Source: Lophium mytilinum (Eukaryota). From it: a DNA stretch of 64,000 bases. Below the pieces are notes generated by a model. It was not told the DNA's origin. It searched no databases and worked only from the letters and a program-made list of their open reading frames with translations. Both the position numbers and the translations under genes were made by a program. Every line of letters begins with the position of its first letter. Position 1 is the stretch's first letter. Where the stretch lies: positions 2,356,001-2,420,000 of the forward strand of contig MU004183.1 of the NCBI GenBank assembly GCA_010093605.1, in the 5' to 3' direction. This document shows positions 38,510 to 51,590 of this stretch, piece by piece.

Positions 38510-39724
38510 ATGTTCTCTATTCGCACGCTCTCTCTGCTCTATCTCGCTAGCCCAGGTTTGGCCCGCGTTATAGTGGCAAGATCTGGTGCTCTTCCTCCAA
38601 AATTCACAGTCTCTGAGTATAGCAACGATGCTGTAGGGTTTCCCCATGTCTACCGCGATGGTGGTGGTGGAGGTACCATCAATGGCAAGAACATTATCGT
38701 GTTCTGCGATACCACTACCACGAATGGCGGTCCAAGCGGAAAAATGATCGGCTTTACGTCCAACAGTGCAGCCTACGTTAGTCACATCTCCGTATACTAG
38801 ATCGTAGGCGCTGACGTTCCCAGGCGAACGCAAATACCCCAACTTCCTTGACCGACTTCGGATCTAACGGCATTCCTAGAACGGCCGTCGCATATACGAC
38901 TGCTGAATCCGACTACACCAGCAAGCACTTTGGGAGCGATGGTGGCCGGGAGGTTCTCTGGCCAGGAAGTACTTATTCTTGATTTCGCACACCTCCGCCC
39001 TTGCTAAGCTTCATAGGCGCCATCACCGACGTGGGCAACAACACCGGTGTCTTCGCTGCAGATATCGCGGTATACGGCGGACCCAGCCCGGGCAAAAACT
39101 ACAGCACCCTCGTAGAAGTTACCGCTTCTGATTCCGGCCCGACCTTCACGCGCGTAGTGGAGAAGCTCTTCTCGTCCAATGAAGTCTCCTATGGCAGCTT
39201 CGGCACCGCCAAGGCCTGGAATGGCAAGTTGATGCTGTTCGGGAACACCAAGGGCGGTATCAAAATCGCTAGAGTCGACCCTAAATACCGAGCCGACCGT
39301 ACCAAGGTAAGCCTCATACGTTGCACCTCGTGAACCTACCGCTAACACTATCTAGTACGAATACTGGAGCGGCAGCGCCTACACCACCACAATGCCATCC
39401 GCATCCTCGACCTCCGACATCGCCGTCACAGGCCTCTATAGTTCTGGCGACTTTTACATGTCATCTTATTACGGTACTTGGATCTTCATCTACTTTAATG
39501 GCTATGCGGATAGCACATTCCGCATGCGCTACTCGCTGTCTGGTAAGGTCTATGGGCCGTATAGTGATGAGCAGGTACTTTATAAGACTAGCGTGCCGTC
39601 CGGACAGAACTACAATTACGCCGGGCATGCGTATCCGAGTTGGGACGCAAGCGGGAAGACGGTAACGCTGAGTTGGACCATCAGCGGATCTACTACAAAG
39701 ATGGCGAAAGTTGCTTGGGCGTAG
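38510..39724 (+). CDS. Secreted protein, DUF4185-like, 4 exons
   Basis: Signal peptide, then RDGGGGGTINGKNIIVFCDT, IARV....ADRTKYEYWSG, GDFYMSSYYGTWIFIYF and YAGHAYP. Confidence 0.6.
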
Positions 39725-39881
39725 AGTGCTGGTAGGTCACAGTCGCGGCTGCATTCGTGAGCACTGGTAGGTCGAATACTCGAGTATTGCATTTGCAATC
39801 GTACATTCCTGTATATGCGCCTGTTCTCCTTGGCTTTTGGGAATTCTCCATGTACAATTTCGAGCTTTGGATGGCTCTCTG

Positions 39882-41935
39882 TTACCTCAAAACCAAAGTT
39901 TGGACGTCAGGGCTCTCCTCGAGGATCTCCCCATGCATGATTCCATGTAGATACGCCTCACCCACGAGGGTGTATGCACCCTGTCCACTCGGTCTGAGAA
40001 TGTAGGGGGTTTTAGCCCCTAGAAACACGCATACAACATCTCCTTTGACCATGTGGTCCGGGCCGAGGCCTACATAACCAGTCTTCGAGATAAAAGGCCG
40101 GCGCGAGTGAAGCAACTTCATTCCCGTAGTAAACCACGTCTCAGCAACCTCGAGACCCAGCTGGAAGCCGTCAAAGAAGCTATCCACAGCCGAATTATAT
40201 CCTTTCAAATAAAACCCCCGCCAGTCTTCGGATGTATACGCGACACGTTCATTGATAGCGACACGCGCTGTGACCAGCTGCACGTCATCGACACTAACCC
40301 GAGGTGAATCTTCGCAGAACGCCGTGATCTCGGTAAGGTAGTCGAGCGCAGCTTGACAGTCCAAAGTACTCAGCCAGTCCGGATTCCAGGTGCTTCCGAA
40401 CATCTTGACTTCGTCGACGATGATGCCTTGCAATGCTACGCTGTCGGAGTCCGGGAAAGTGATCGATTGTGCTGCAATGCTTTGCGCTGTCCCAGCACTG
40501 AATTGACTAAACCAGGGGTCATCTGCATTTGGCTTTTTAGTCGGGGCATGCCAGTCTGGTGCCCAAGTTGCCATTCGTCTATTCGTCTCAGTGCGCGGGA
40601 ACTGGCAGTAGCAGAATATATCCACATGTCCTTGTCGAAGAAACCCACGCGCCGCCTCCTCGTAAACATCCTCATAGGTCGTCGTCGGTGCGTAATCCGG
40701 GAATGATCTAAACGAACCCGTATCGCCCGCCAGTCCAAGCACAGAGAAAATTCGGTCCCGTGCATCCGACGTCTCTCGATGGCTGTAGTCTATTCCCATG
40801 ACAAGCGATGCAACAACGACTTGAAACAGTGGGTCCAGTTGATCTCCGCTTCGGAGCTGGTAGCGCTGGCGGCGTGTCACGAGGCCTTTTATAAAGGTCA
40901 ATGACGTAGACTTGTAGGCTTCTACCATATCTGGCTGCTCGACTACCCATTTCGGGAGATTTAGAAAGTCCAATGCTTTTGCCAGCTCGTCGAATGCAAT
41001 TAGGGCGCCTCCGCAAGCGATAAAGAGTTCTTTCGCGACAGTGAATTCCTAGCCGTTCTTAGTAGGTGGAGTGATTAGTCTGGTTTGATTGTAATAACGA
41101 ACCTGAATGATCCAAAGCCGTTGCCAGTAGTCCCGCTGGCAGAACTTATCAAAGGCTTCTGTCATAAACGCCAGATTTTCAAGCTTTCCATGATGATCCA
41201 GGATGTCGATTGTTACTGAGCGTGATCCCTCACTTTTACTCATTTGCCTAATCCAAAAAAGAATCGAATCGCTCAGGTCTGCTGCTGGACCCAGCCACGC
41301 AATCACGCGCTGGGCTTCTTCATATATTTTCTTCATCTGGGAAACTTGGTGGTTTTTCTCCACCTTATCCTGAAGGTCGCAGTCCACATGTCAGCGAGAT
41401 TTCATAAAGAAGGGGTTTCTAAACAGCTACTAAGTTCTCTGGGGTTGGTTGTCCTTGACCGCCACTCAAATCGTGTCTCAAACACCATTTTGGCGTCAGT
41501 CAGTGTTGAAAGTGACGAAGATGTGTGCTCAAACGCGATTCAAGTGAGCGGTTCCAACCGCAAAGACACCAGGAAGCTCGGTAAATGTAATTAGGCCTTA
41601 CCTACATCTTGATTAATGCACAACTGGTCCCCCCAAACGTAGACTTCATCGTTATCATCCCACAACTCTCGCAACGCTGCTTCCAAGTTCGCGCCTATGG
41701 ACTGCGTAGTGTCATCAACTAGGATGGGCCGTGTTTCGTTTCCACTTCCCCAGGCGTATGATAAAGCCGTGTATTGTATCGCATTCTTTCGAGACGAATG
41801 TTCGAGCGTGCAGATCAAAACGTTATCGGAAATCTGCTCGGGTCGATAGAAAGAGCGAGGCCGAAGCCTAATCAGGCGAATCTCCTTCTCTATTACGCTC
41901 AATGGTTTATATAAACCATTCCGGGATTGATTCAT
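39882..41935 (-). CDS. HET-domain protein (HET-6-like), 3 exons
   Basis: EIRLIRL, YTALSYAWG, NLEAALREL, WGDQLCINQD|DKVEKNHQVSQMKKIY and YWQRLWIIQ|EF. C-terminal GLGPDHMVKGDVVCVFLG...LVGEAYLHGIMHGE. Confidence 0.92.
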
Positions 41936-42715
41936 TGGGAAAGACCACCGCCCTCATCGGGTGTGTGGGAGAGGCGTAGAAGTGACGAAATTGAGCGAAT
42001 GCCGAACGGAAAGGATAGAGCGTCTCTCTGCAGCCATCACTTCTACAGGCTGCTTGGGTATTCCAACGGAGAAATAGTGCTCCAAACGAAAACTGACTTG
42101 AAAGGGCGCCTTTTGTATGACCTTGCGGAGTATGAGGTCAAGCGAAGAGAATGTTGGGACACGGCGAAATTTCGCGGGGCAGCATGTTCTATTTTTAGCA
42201 CGGTATTGAATACACAGATAATTACTTCTACCGCCCATGCGTATGATTTACGGGGAACAAATTAACATGACGGTTTCTTCGCCTTGACTCTTGAGAGAGT
42301 CTTAAAGTTCACATTCGGCTTACCAATCACGTGACATTAAGCCAGCTCGTATCCACTCCAATAGCATCTGCTCTCCATCTCCTTATCATTTTCATGACTT
42401 CGGGTTCCATCCTCCTGTCTAAAGCTAGCATGGATATAACTCATCTTCTTTCATCGTGGAACCCTTCGGCGAGGCTCTCTTCCATTCGCAGACGGCACTC
42501 TAAACTGAGTTCAACTGCCAAGGCGCGCTCCGCGTGAGAATGGAGGCTTAGTATAAAAGACGTCACCAGGTGTTGAACAGGAAAGGCTGTTACGAGATCT
42601 GCTCTCGCCTATGCCGTTGATGATCTTGTTTTCTATCCGGAAGTTTGATCCCATGCAGAGGCACCTCAGACGGTGGTGAGCAGCTATATTCAAGCTTTGT
42701 CCAAGCACTGCACGA

Positions 42716-43996
42716 TTACCACATCCACTGACAGTGGCAGCTATTCTCGGGATCCTCCCTTTTGTGTTTCCGTGCCTTCTTCCGTTTCGCCGATCCAGAA
42801 TGGAACTCCCCAGGATTAGGATCATTTTCATCTAAGCGCACGACAATTGCGTTTCCACTCGTGTCTGTCAAAGGCACGAAGTTCCCAGTGAGCAACAATT
42901 GCATCTTCTGACAATACCCTGGGACACTGTTCACAGACAGCCGGCGTTCCTCAATCTTCGTTGCAAAAGGTGCATTAGGGAACCGCGAACTTGATGTAGA
43001 AGGAAGCGCAGACGACGGCGATGATGACAAGGTTGACGTCGGAGACGCGATCTGGGTACTGTTCGACTCGACGTAGAAAAACCCCTCAATAAGCGTGCCA
43101 TTCCAGTAGCAAGCCCATAGCTGATCACCAGGCTGTAGCTGTCCTCTGCGGCTCAGATGTTGCGTAGACCTTTTCCTACTCGTCGGAGCTGGGAAGTCGC
43201 TGTCCGGTAAAAGGACAACTTTATCGTACGTAGTCTGAAAGTGGTATGCAGGCCCTAAGGCCGCATTATCGAGGTCAGTTACGAGAGCGAGGTTCAGTAG
43301 ACCCTCCTTCAGCCCATAAAAAACTGGTACTTGAACACCATAAGAGCTTTGATCATAAATTGCCTCAAGGCTAACCCCCAGAAAAGTCGAGGAAGTCTGT
43401 CGGACCGCCAGGTCATATCCCTGGAATGCTAGATCGCAAGACCATGCTGTTGCTTCGCTAGCCGCACTAAGACATCCATGAGTGTCTCTCTGGGGGTTTG
43501 TGGTTTCTAGATTGAACGAGCCGACTGGAAGAGTAGGAAGGCTCGTAGCTGTTGGAATTGCGCTTGCGTAAAAGAGTACGGATTGCTGAGGTATTAAATC
43601 TGATGTAACCGTAGGTGGACTTGCAGTGAATACTAGTTAGCACTGGAAAAGATCTCTCCTAAGTGTTTCGAGACGCCGGTCTTACCTGGAGGATTTACTC
43701 TTCTTTAGCGAGAGGCCTAGATATATGCCGAGGACAAGAGCGATGAAAGCCCCAATTGCGATAGCAATCAAGACACGGTATTTCAATGACGTTCGTAACC
43801 ACCGCACATGAATTCGTGCCCACTGTAGTCCTAGCCACGGTAGTGGCAAGTCTCCGGACTTTTCGCATTCCAGGTTAGATACTAGCTCTTTCTCCGTGGT
43901 ATGAACTACCTGTTTCCCCGAGAAGCCGATTTCGCGTTCTAGAGGGACGCATTCAATACCTTCCATACTGATGGGCCTTGTATTCGCCGGAGCCAT
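42716..43996 (-). CDS. Conserved fungal type II membrane protein (DUF7820-like), 2 exons
   Basis: TM segment in 43682-43996. The second exon is open to 42716 and contains AWSC, GPAYHFQTTYDKVVLL, PGDQLWACYWNGTLIEGFFY, KIEERR and CHCQW. The ORF track shows it only partly because the exon has no early start codon. Confidence 0.65.
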
Positions 43997-44076
43997 GGAA
44001 ACGGTAGTTCATCACCGTCGCGATTGAGAAGCTTTGGCGTATTGCGGAATTTAGCTAGGAACAAGAATAAAGGAAG

Positions 44077-44107
<31 letters not shown>

Positions 44108-44805
44108 CCCCTAAACGTACTCCCATTAAATGCGGGGAGGCTAATCGTCATGCTTCGAAACGCATACAAAACGGGGCGTAAGGCTGAGTTCAGCGATCGG
44201 CAATCATGATCGAGGCCCCTCGCCTATCACGGCGCGCACCCCAAGCGCCCAATCTGCATTTTGCAGCAGCGCTCGGAGAAAGTCTGACCCGTTTTTTATA
44301 GTGTGCGTGGCAGTTGAGGGGCTGTGCAGTTGAAGGTTTCAGGTCCGCAGGTGCTTCGCGGCGGCAAGAACGCCAGCCAGCCACCCGTCAACCACGACTA
44401 ATTACTACTGAGCGCTTAGCAGAACCCAGTCTGTATGTTTTAGACAGTGCCACTCATCCCCTGGGAGCTCGCAGCTTTTAATTTTACTAGAACTTTCTAT
44501 GTTTAGGAAGAATGCCAGCCCTGAACATTCTGTAGAATTTACCTTGCTTTCCTGAGACCTAGGTAGTGGTTCAAAAGCAAAACAATAATATAAGAAGCGA
44601 GAATATTCAATTTGGGAGGAAGAAAAAAGGAGTGAAAATGAAAACATCATAATGCAAGACCCGTTGCCATATGCGCCAAAAGAGTGAAATCAGAGTCTCC
44701 TACCAGCCAACATCAACCTAGACCTGCTTCCTTAGCTATGCATCATCACAGCGCGATCCATATCACCCTGCAGAAAGCACATACTTGGTGCGAGTAATCT
44801 GCCAC

Positions 44806-46212
44806 CTAGGCATTCAAGAAGCCACACCCTTTCCTCGCACACTGCAGCTTTTTTGCGGCACATGAAAGATCTCCTTCATCAACTCCAGGAAAGCAGCAGT
44901 CCGGAGGGAACTCGCTATGGCACCTCGGATTATTCGTACACTTAAGCGTTGGCCTGCAAGACGTTGGGCATCCAAGGTTCCGGCACTCGATCGCTTTGGG
45001 ACAATTGCCGCCATACATCTTGCATACGCGGTTGAAGTCGATAGTGTCGGGATTGGCCACGTTGGACGCAGGAACGATGACGTTCGGGTTGACAGGAGTA
45101 ATAGTGAGAGTACCTGGAAGCGCGAAAGCGTCCGCGCGATACTCCATTATCGAGTTGACGTCGTAGATACCGCGGGAATCTAGGTTCGGGGCTGTGAGGA
45201 CGTTAAAATTACCTAGATTGCCACAGCATCCAGCTGGAATGGCAGCGCCGGAGCAGCAAGTGACCTAGGCTGATTAGTCTTCCTTTCTTAATGGTGCATG
45301 AAAGTGTAGCTATGACTTACTCCCGGGGGCATAGTTACTCCGTTAGGGCACGTTGGATTGAGATTTTCACATTGGAAGTGTACGGTCCCTTCTCTATTGG
45401 GTCTTTGATGCTCGTGGAGGAGGCCAAGCACGTGACCAAACTCGTGAGCTGCCTCTGAAGCCCCGCACCAGCCTCCTATATTTGAGCAGCCTTGCAAAAC
45501 ACGTCAGCGGGGATTTTTAAGCGGGAACGTGCTTGGAAGGAGCATACCTTGCTGCAGGTTCATCCACAAAGCGGAATTTGGATAGTATCCGATGTTGGCA
45601 TTGCAACCTCCGCAGTCGTTTGCAGCGATGGTGAGCACACCAGCCATGCCATCAGCGCTGTTTGGGAAAACTCGTTCGAAAGTGATGTAGGGAGCTCCAG
45701 CGTGCCACCGATTGATAGCGTCGTCAATGATGGCCTGGAGTGTAGTCTGCACTTGGTCACTTGTAAACTTGTAGCGGATCTTTGCATCGCTGCAATTCAG
45801 TGTGTCAGCAAGACTGAAAGTTTATTTCGAATAGAAGATCTTACGGCCAAGTGTTCTTCACCGAGAAGGCACGTTTGTAATGCGACTCAGTGCCGTTGGA
45901 AAGGGTTCCGTTGGAGTAAGTGCCATTTCCGTGGACTTGGTTTGCCAGAAGACTTGCAACCGGCCCATAGATAACATCTCCATCGATGACTGCGAGGCCA
46001 TTATGCCCGTCGAAATATGTCACATTGCGGAGGCCATAGAATTCGTCGTTGATGGTAAGGATGGTAGCGTTCTTATTGGTTGGGCAAAGAGGAGAAGCAT
46101 CATTGTAAGACGATCTTTCCATCATCCAGGGATAAATTCCTGGAGCGGCAGAAGACAGGCCCAGGTGAAGCCCAACGAGCGAAAGAATGATGGTAGAGAA
46201 TGATGGGAACAT
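44806..46212 (-). CDS. Secreted metzincin metalloprotease (astacin/M12A-like), 4 exons
   Basis: Signal peptide, pro-region GLAVIDGDVIYG...KRAF..WP, zinc motif HEFGHVLGLLHEHQRPNR, Met-turn DVNSIMEY and a Cys-rich C-terminus. Confidence 0.88.
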
Positions 46213-47087
46213 GACGAATGAGGGAATGACGGACGATAGATATGAAGGAGTGTAGACCTTGAGGCGTTGGACTTGCAAGAATAGCGCACGATGTGCTTTT
46301 ATAGATCTAACAGCGAGCTGTAGATACTCAGGGAAGCATAAGACGGAGGAATTGATTGAGTGTCATGACACAGCTTTACAGTTTCAAGTCTTCATTGGAA
46401 CTAAGCCAAGCCGTCTCCTTTCCACCTCGCAAACGGTCTTTAGCTAGATAATGTGAGGCTGTGAAAACTGCAGAGGTTCAAGTGCTAAATGATGGTGGGA
46501 GTGGAAAGAAGACAACCCCATGGGCGTTGAGATACGGGAAAGAGGCGCGAAAGCTAAACGAGAAGAAATTCCCATGAGTTAATCTACAATAGGACGAAAG
46601 CATGATTGGATGCCGAAATTAGTTTGAGGCTTGCGGCTGGACCTTGGCATCGGTGGGCGTTTATCCCAGCTTACCTGCTTGCTTCTGGGCACCCGGACAG
46701 CCCCTCATAGATATGCTCAGCCCTATTGTGGCTAGAATATCTCTGTGGGCCATGGAGCCACTGGACTTGAGGCAAGCGACTGTAAATTAGCCAAGGCAGC
46801 TGAACATGTAGCTGGAGCGTCATGAATCGTCCAATCACCTCCCGCCTTTTTCCCGCCCTCCTTCTGAGCGTTGGTACCATTGCGGCCACAGGCGGAGGTG
46901 TTGTTGCAGGTGGGCCATTTCGAAAGTGGGTTTTTCGGATATGGCGAGAGTGGAGAGTGGTCTTTGGCGCTTGGGAAGCTTGAAAAAAAGTGCTGGTATC
47001 TTGTACTGGCGGGTATAAAATCTGGCGATCGACGATGCAGGAAGAAAGTATTTGAGAAAACGCGTCGAAGATAGAGACGCGCTCAGA

Positions 47088-47738
47088 CGGGCGGTCTCCG
47101 GGCAGGCCCCTCGAAAAGGCCCCTTCGTCACGTGCTCATATAAGCGAATTTTGTGAACATCATAAAATTCACGGGCCTACACTCAACACCACATAATTAA
47201 TAAACCTGTTGATATTAAGCTGCTCTATCTATCGCATTGCAGCCTCATTGGATACCATCGGATCATCATTTTTGCAAGCGCGCTTTATGCCTAGGGCTAG
47301 GACTAGGAGGTAGTAGGACCCTTACCAAATTCGACGCTGATATTAATGATGACACATTCCTTGGTGATAGCGATGATGGGGCCATCACGCACAGCACGCT
47401 GGAAGGGGATCTGCACTAGATTTTGCAGCAGATCCCGCCTGTTCTACCTGCTCCGCGTGCAAAGGACATTGGGGAACCACCCGTGGTGTAGATTTGAGGC
47501 GCCCGGCATTATTCTATCCTAAGTTGTACGTCGGCGCGGTGTCAATCTGTAGAGCAGAGTCCTTCTCGTCTCATCCTGTGCCTCTTTCCGTACACGAGCG
47601 TCGGCAGATTGCTTGGCAGAGATGGAAAACGAAGATAGGAGAGAGCGGGCCGTGTTGATTCTGTCATGTTCACAAAATTCGCTTATATGAGCACGTGACG
47701 AAGGGGCCTTTTCGAGGGGCCTGCCCGGAGACTGCCCG
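47088..47738. mobile_element. 651-bp non-autonomous Mutator-like element, 73-bp TIRs, 9-bp target duplication GCGCTCAGA
   Basis: 47088-47160 is the reverse complement of 47666-47738 with one mismatch. GCGCTCAGA lies at 47079-47087 and at 47739-47747. Confidence 0.92.
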
Positions 47739-48184
47739 GCGCTCAGACCTCATTTTAAAGTGGTTTCTGACAGAAACAGTTTAGCGCGTAGCTAGGCCCG
47801 AAGAAGCTGTCAGGCCACAAGGCCTCCGAGGCTGTCAAAACTTTCGCTTTACATTTTCTCATGTTCAATAACTTCTTCAAGAATTCAAGTTACATGACTG
47901 TATTCCGTGGTAAAGTTCAGCTGCGCGCCCGCTGGTGATGGATTCTGACCGACGACCACCTGCTCCTTTAACGTTCCTCGCTGCTGCCTAAGTGCCTCAG
48001 CCACCTTCTGATACCCTGTTGTATTTATGCACACATTTTCCGCCGTCCGCCGTTCTCAACCATCTTTACTCCTCTCACAAGCACTTCGCAAATCACCTTA
48101 TGCCATCTCATAGTTGATCGTCAACTCCACAACGGTAACTTATCGAACACCAATTTCTTCGTCGCTACGTCTTTTCACAACACA

Positions 48185-49528
48185 ATGGCCGCCAAACCGT
48201 CGGCCGAAACGCTGCGCGAAATGCGCCTGAAGCGATTCGGTGCTTCGTCTTCCAGCAGTAGTGCCGCCGCCGCTTCTCTTTCGTCCAATATCGTGGGTAG
48301 CAGTAGTAGATCGGCCTCGTCGGATCCCCTCAACCCAAAGGAGTACATTCCATCGAGTGAGCAAGAGCGTGAACTGAAGCGCTTCCGAGAGCAATGGACC
48401 GTGGAAGTACGCAAGAAAAATACTGCTCAACAGAAAGCCATGGAAGCGCAGAGTGTGGAGGCACAAGAGAAACGTGCGATGCGTGAGGCGTGGCGGCTAG
48501 AGTTAGAAGAGCTCGATCGACGGCCGACGATGCAAGAGCTTGATGAGATTGCTTTAAGGGAGAAAGAGGAAAAAGACATTCTGCGACTACGTATCAAGAA
48601 GATGGACGATGACAAGCGCGAGTACTATCGTACTACATGGCTACCGGAACTCGATCAGCAAATTGCTAAGTGGATGTCCGGCTCTCTCTCTAGCAAGCCT
48701 GACCGAGTCCGAGCTTGTCGTGATATGACTCATGCCGCAACCAGCACAAATTCCACTGGTAGCTATGTGGCGGCACATAAGGTGTTCGGTATCACGGAAT
48801 TGCACCAGCAAATTCTTCCATATATCTCGCCCGTGGACATTCTGGCGGCGATGCGTGTGAATCGCTATTGGCGCTCCGTCGCATCCCATCTACAAGCTGA
48901 AAAAAACAGTATCCAATCTTGGATAGATCAGATGGAACCCGTAGACTTGTATGGTGTGGATGACAGAGTGTTGAGTCCGTGCTGCACCTACTGGTCAGGG
49001 CCTTGTAAAACCTGTGAGAGAGACCCAGACAACGTGGGTCGCCATCTCATCAGAATATCCCAGCTGAAGGCCAACCCATTCCTTCAAAAACAGATTCTTG
49101 GGAACGGAGGCCTCATTGTTCGCGCGCCTGATACGACAGAGTTTGAGGTGAAGCTTGCTAGAGATCTAAAGCCTCGATACATCTATCCTCTGGAAGAACG
49201 CTTCGCGAACCCGGATGCTAGTTGGCGGAACATGTACCTCACAAAACCACCGTGCCGAAAGGTGGCGTTGTATCATGCGTATGCTTCAGTGAGGGAGACG
49301 CGGACCCAATTCGACATTATCTATGATCCCCAAGGAATCCGCTGTGGTCACTTTTTGGATACGCTGGAGGACCATGCTGCAACAATCGCTCAGCTATGGA
49401 TGAACTCCAAGCTTGAGGAAAGGGCCCGTGAGGAGACGTTCATTGACAAAGGAGAGTTTCAGAATCTGAAAGAATGCAAGCAGTTCCTGCAACAGGAACC
49501 CAGGATAATTGGTACATTGATAAGCTAA
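48185..49528 (+). CDS. F-box-like domain protein, intronless
   Basis: F-box-like AAHKVFGITELHQQILPYISPVDILAAMRVNRYWR, downstream ASWRNMYLTKPP, and a charged coiled-coil-like N-terminal half. Confidence 0.7.
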   Translation: MAAKPSAETLREMRLKRFGASSSSSSAAAASLSSNIVGSSSRSASSDPLNPKEYIPSSEQERELKRFREQWTVEVRKKNTAQQKAMEAQSVEAQEKRAMREAWRLELEELDRRPTMQELDEIALREKEEKDILRLRIKKMDDDKREYYRTTWLPELDQQIAKWMSGSLSSKPDRVRACRDMTHAATSTNSTGSYVAAHKVFGITELHQQILPYISPVDILAAMRVNRYWRSVASHLQAEKNSIQSWIDQMEPVDLYGVDDRVLSPCCTYWSGPCKTCERDPDNVGRHLIRISQLKANPFLQKQILGNGGLIVRAPDTTEFEVKLARDLKPRYIYPLEERFANPDASWRNMYLTKPPCRKVALYHAYASVRETRTQFDIIYDPQGIRCGHFLDTLEDHAATIAQLWMNSKLEERAREETFIDKGEFQNLKECKQFLQQEPRIIGTLIS

Positions 49529-49683
49529 ATTTCGACCTTTCCACGTCATGGAAAGTCTGGTACTATCTTGTTTTTGTTGTTGTTTCTATGCTGTTTCACG
49601 ATCTCTACTGCCTTTTGAGCTGTTTTCCAAGTGACGACACCTCCAAACCCCCAACAAATCGCGGCAGCATTGCTTACTTTCGC

Positions 49684-51590
49684 TTACTGTCCGTCCCATT
49701 TATCCAACCCTTTACCCCCTACCTCCCAAGCGGCTGCAGCCTTGAAGATGCTCTCTTCGTCAAATCTCTTCGCTACCAACTGCATGCCAACTGGTAATTT
49801 CCCCTTTCCATCTGGTAGCGAGCCCCACCCGCAGGGCATACTCAGAGCAGGATCTATTCCTCATTAGCAAACAATGTTCTAGAAAATGAGACACGAAGTA
49901 CTTACGACCGGTGACGTTGAATTGACATCTATTCACTGTTAGCGGAGAAGCTATGGAACCCCTATCAGAAAGACACTTACGTGTTCAGAGTTGCCCCAAT
50001 TGCTGGATCCATTTTCTCCTCGACCGTCATACCATACTCCGGGTGTTTGCTGCCAACCCTCGGATTCACAGGCGTCACGAGAACGTCATAATCCTCAAGA
50101 GCTTTATCATAGGCAGCGCGCAATTCCGTCACGTGCATCATAGCTTTGCCAATGAGCGCATCCGCGCCCCCTTTTTCAGAAAGATGTGCCACATTAAACA
50201 TGACATTGACCACTGCTGGGTTGTGTTTGTTCAAAATCTCAAATGACTCTTGCGTCATCGCCGGTGGTGCTATTCCCGGCATTGGGTAGGTTATTAGCGG
50301 CATCGGCAGGTTTCTCATACCGTATGTTCCCATGCCCGGTCTTGCTGCAATTGTCCAAATGGATGGGCCGACGAGGTGGATCGGGATCGAGACTTCTTCG
50401 ACTTCAGCTCCGATAGTTCGGAACTGCTCTACAGCAGCTTGGACAACTTTCTTGACTTCATCGCTGAGGCCCATTACTCCAAACGCCTCGGTGATGACCC
50501 CGATTCTCAGTCCCTTGCCCGCGGTAGTCAGTGTCCACTCCCCCTTACCTTCCTTCTCTTTGGCAAACGCCGCTAGTATGGCAGGATAATCCGGAACATC
50601 CTTCCTTAAGGGCGTCTCAGGCGTCATTCGCGCATCCATCCCATCATATCCCGCCAACACCTCCAGGAGCTTCGCATTATCCTCCAGACTCGTCGTCATA
50701 GGCCCCGTGTGGTCGATCATCGGAAACAAACTGATAATTCCGGTATACGGTATCAATCCATGAGTAGGCTTTAACCCATATATCCCCGCATACGACGCCG
50801 GGATGCGAATCGAGCCACCCTGATCACCCCCAATCGCCATATCGACGCCCTCGCCGATCTCATCTTCGCCAGAAGGAGGGGCAATGCCATGGCGCTCCCG
50901 CCACAGCTTGGACGCCGTGTTCCCCACCAACGCAGCGCAGCCGCTACTGCTCCCGCCTGTGGTGAACCCGCGAAGCCATGGGTTCTGGACACAGCCCGTG
51001 GCAGAGGTGAAGGATAGCGGGGACATTGAGAAGTGCTCGCATGTCGCGCTGCCTTCTATCGTCCCGCCCGCCTTCAGTGTTCTGCTTACAACTACGGCAT
51101 CAATCTCTGGAATTGGGTACTCTTTGCTCCCGGTCAGTAGCTCAGGGAAAGTCCCGCCCGTCAATGGTAGACCGGCGACGGAGACGTTATCTTTCACGGC
51201 GACAGTCTTGCCGGCGAGTTGGTGAGTTTCGGGATTCGGAGAGGAGATGCTGACGCGGTGGCTCCACGCGTTCAGGGGATTGGTGGAGGGGGAGGGCTTG
51301 GTCCATTTCCGGGGCAGAGTGGAAGGCAGAGGAGCTAAGCGTGGCTCCTTGTATGGGGGGAGAGAAGCGATCTGTGAGGCCGTGGCATCGAGACCGTTGA
51401 GAAGATGACGGTATTGCTCTGCCTCTGCGTCTGGAATCTTGAGCGAGGCCCTCGAGGCGAGGGCGTGGATATCTTCGACGGAGACTGGAATAGGTTAGCG
51501 AGGGTGTCCGGGAAAAGTAAAGGTCAAGTGGAAGGGGGGAATAGGTGGAGTACCTGTGGGAGGACCGGTGGGGAGGAAGACGACGGACAT
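49684..51590 (-). CDS. Amidase signature family enzyme, multi-exon
   Basis: AVKDN (catalytic Lys), [38 protein letters not shown] and LPVGMQLV. Confidence 0.93.
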
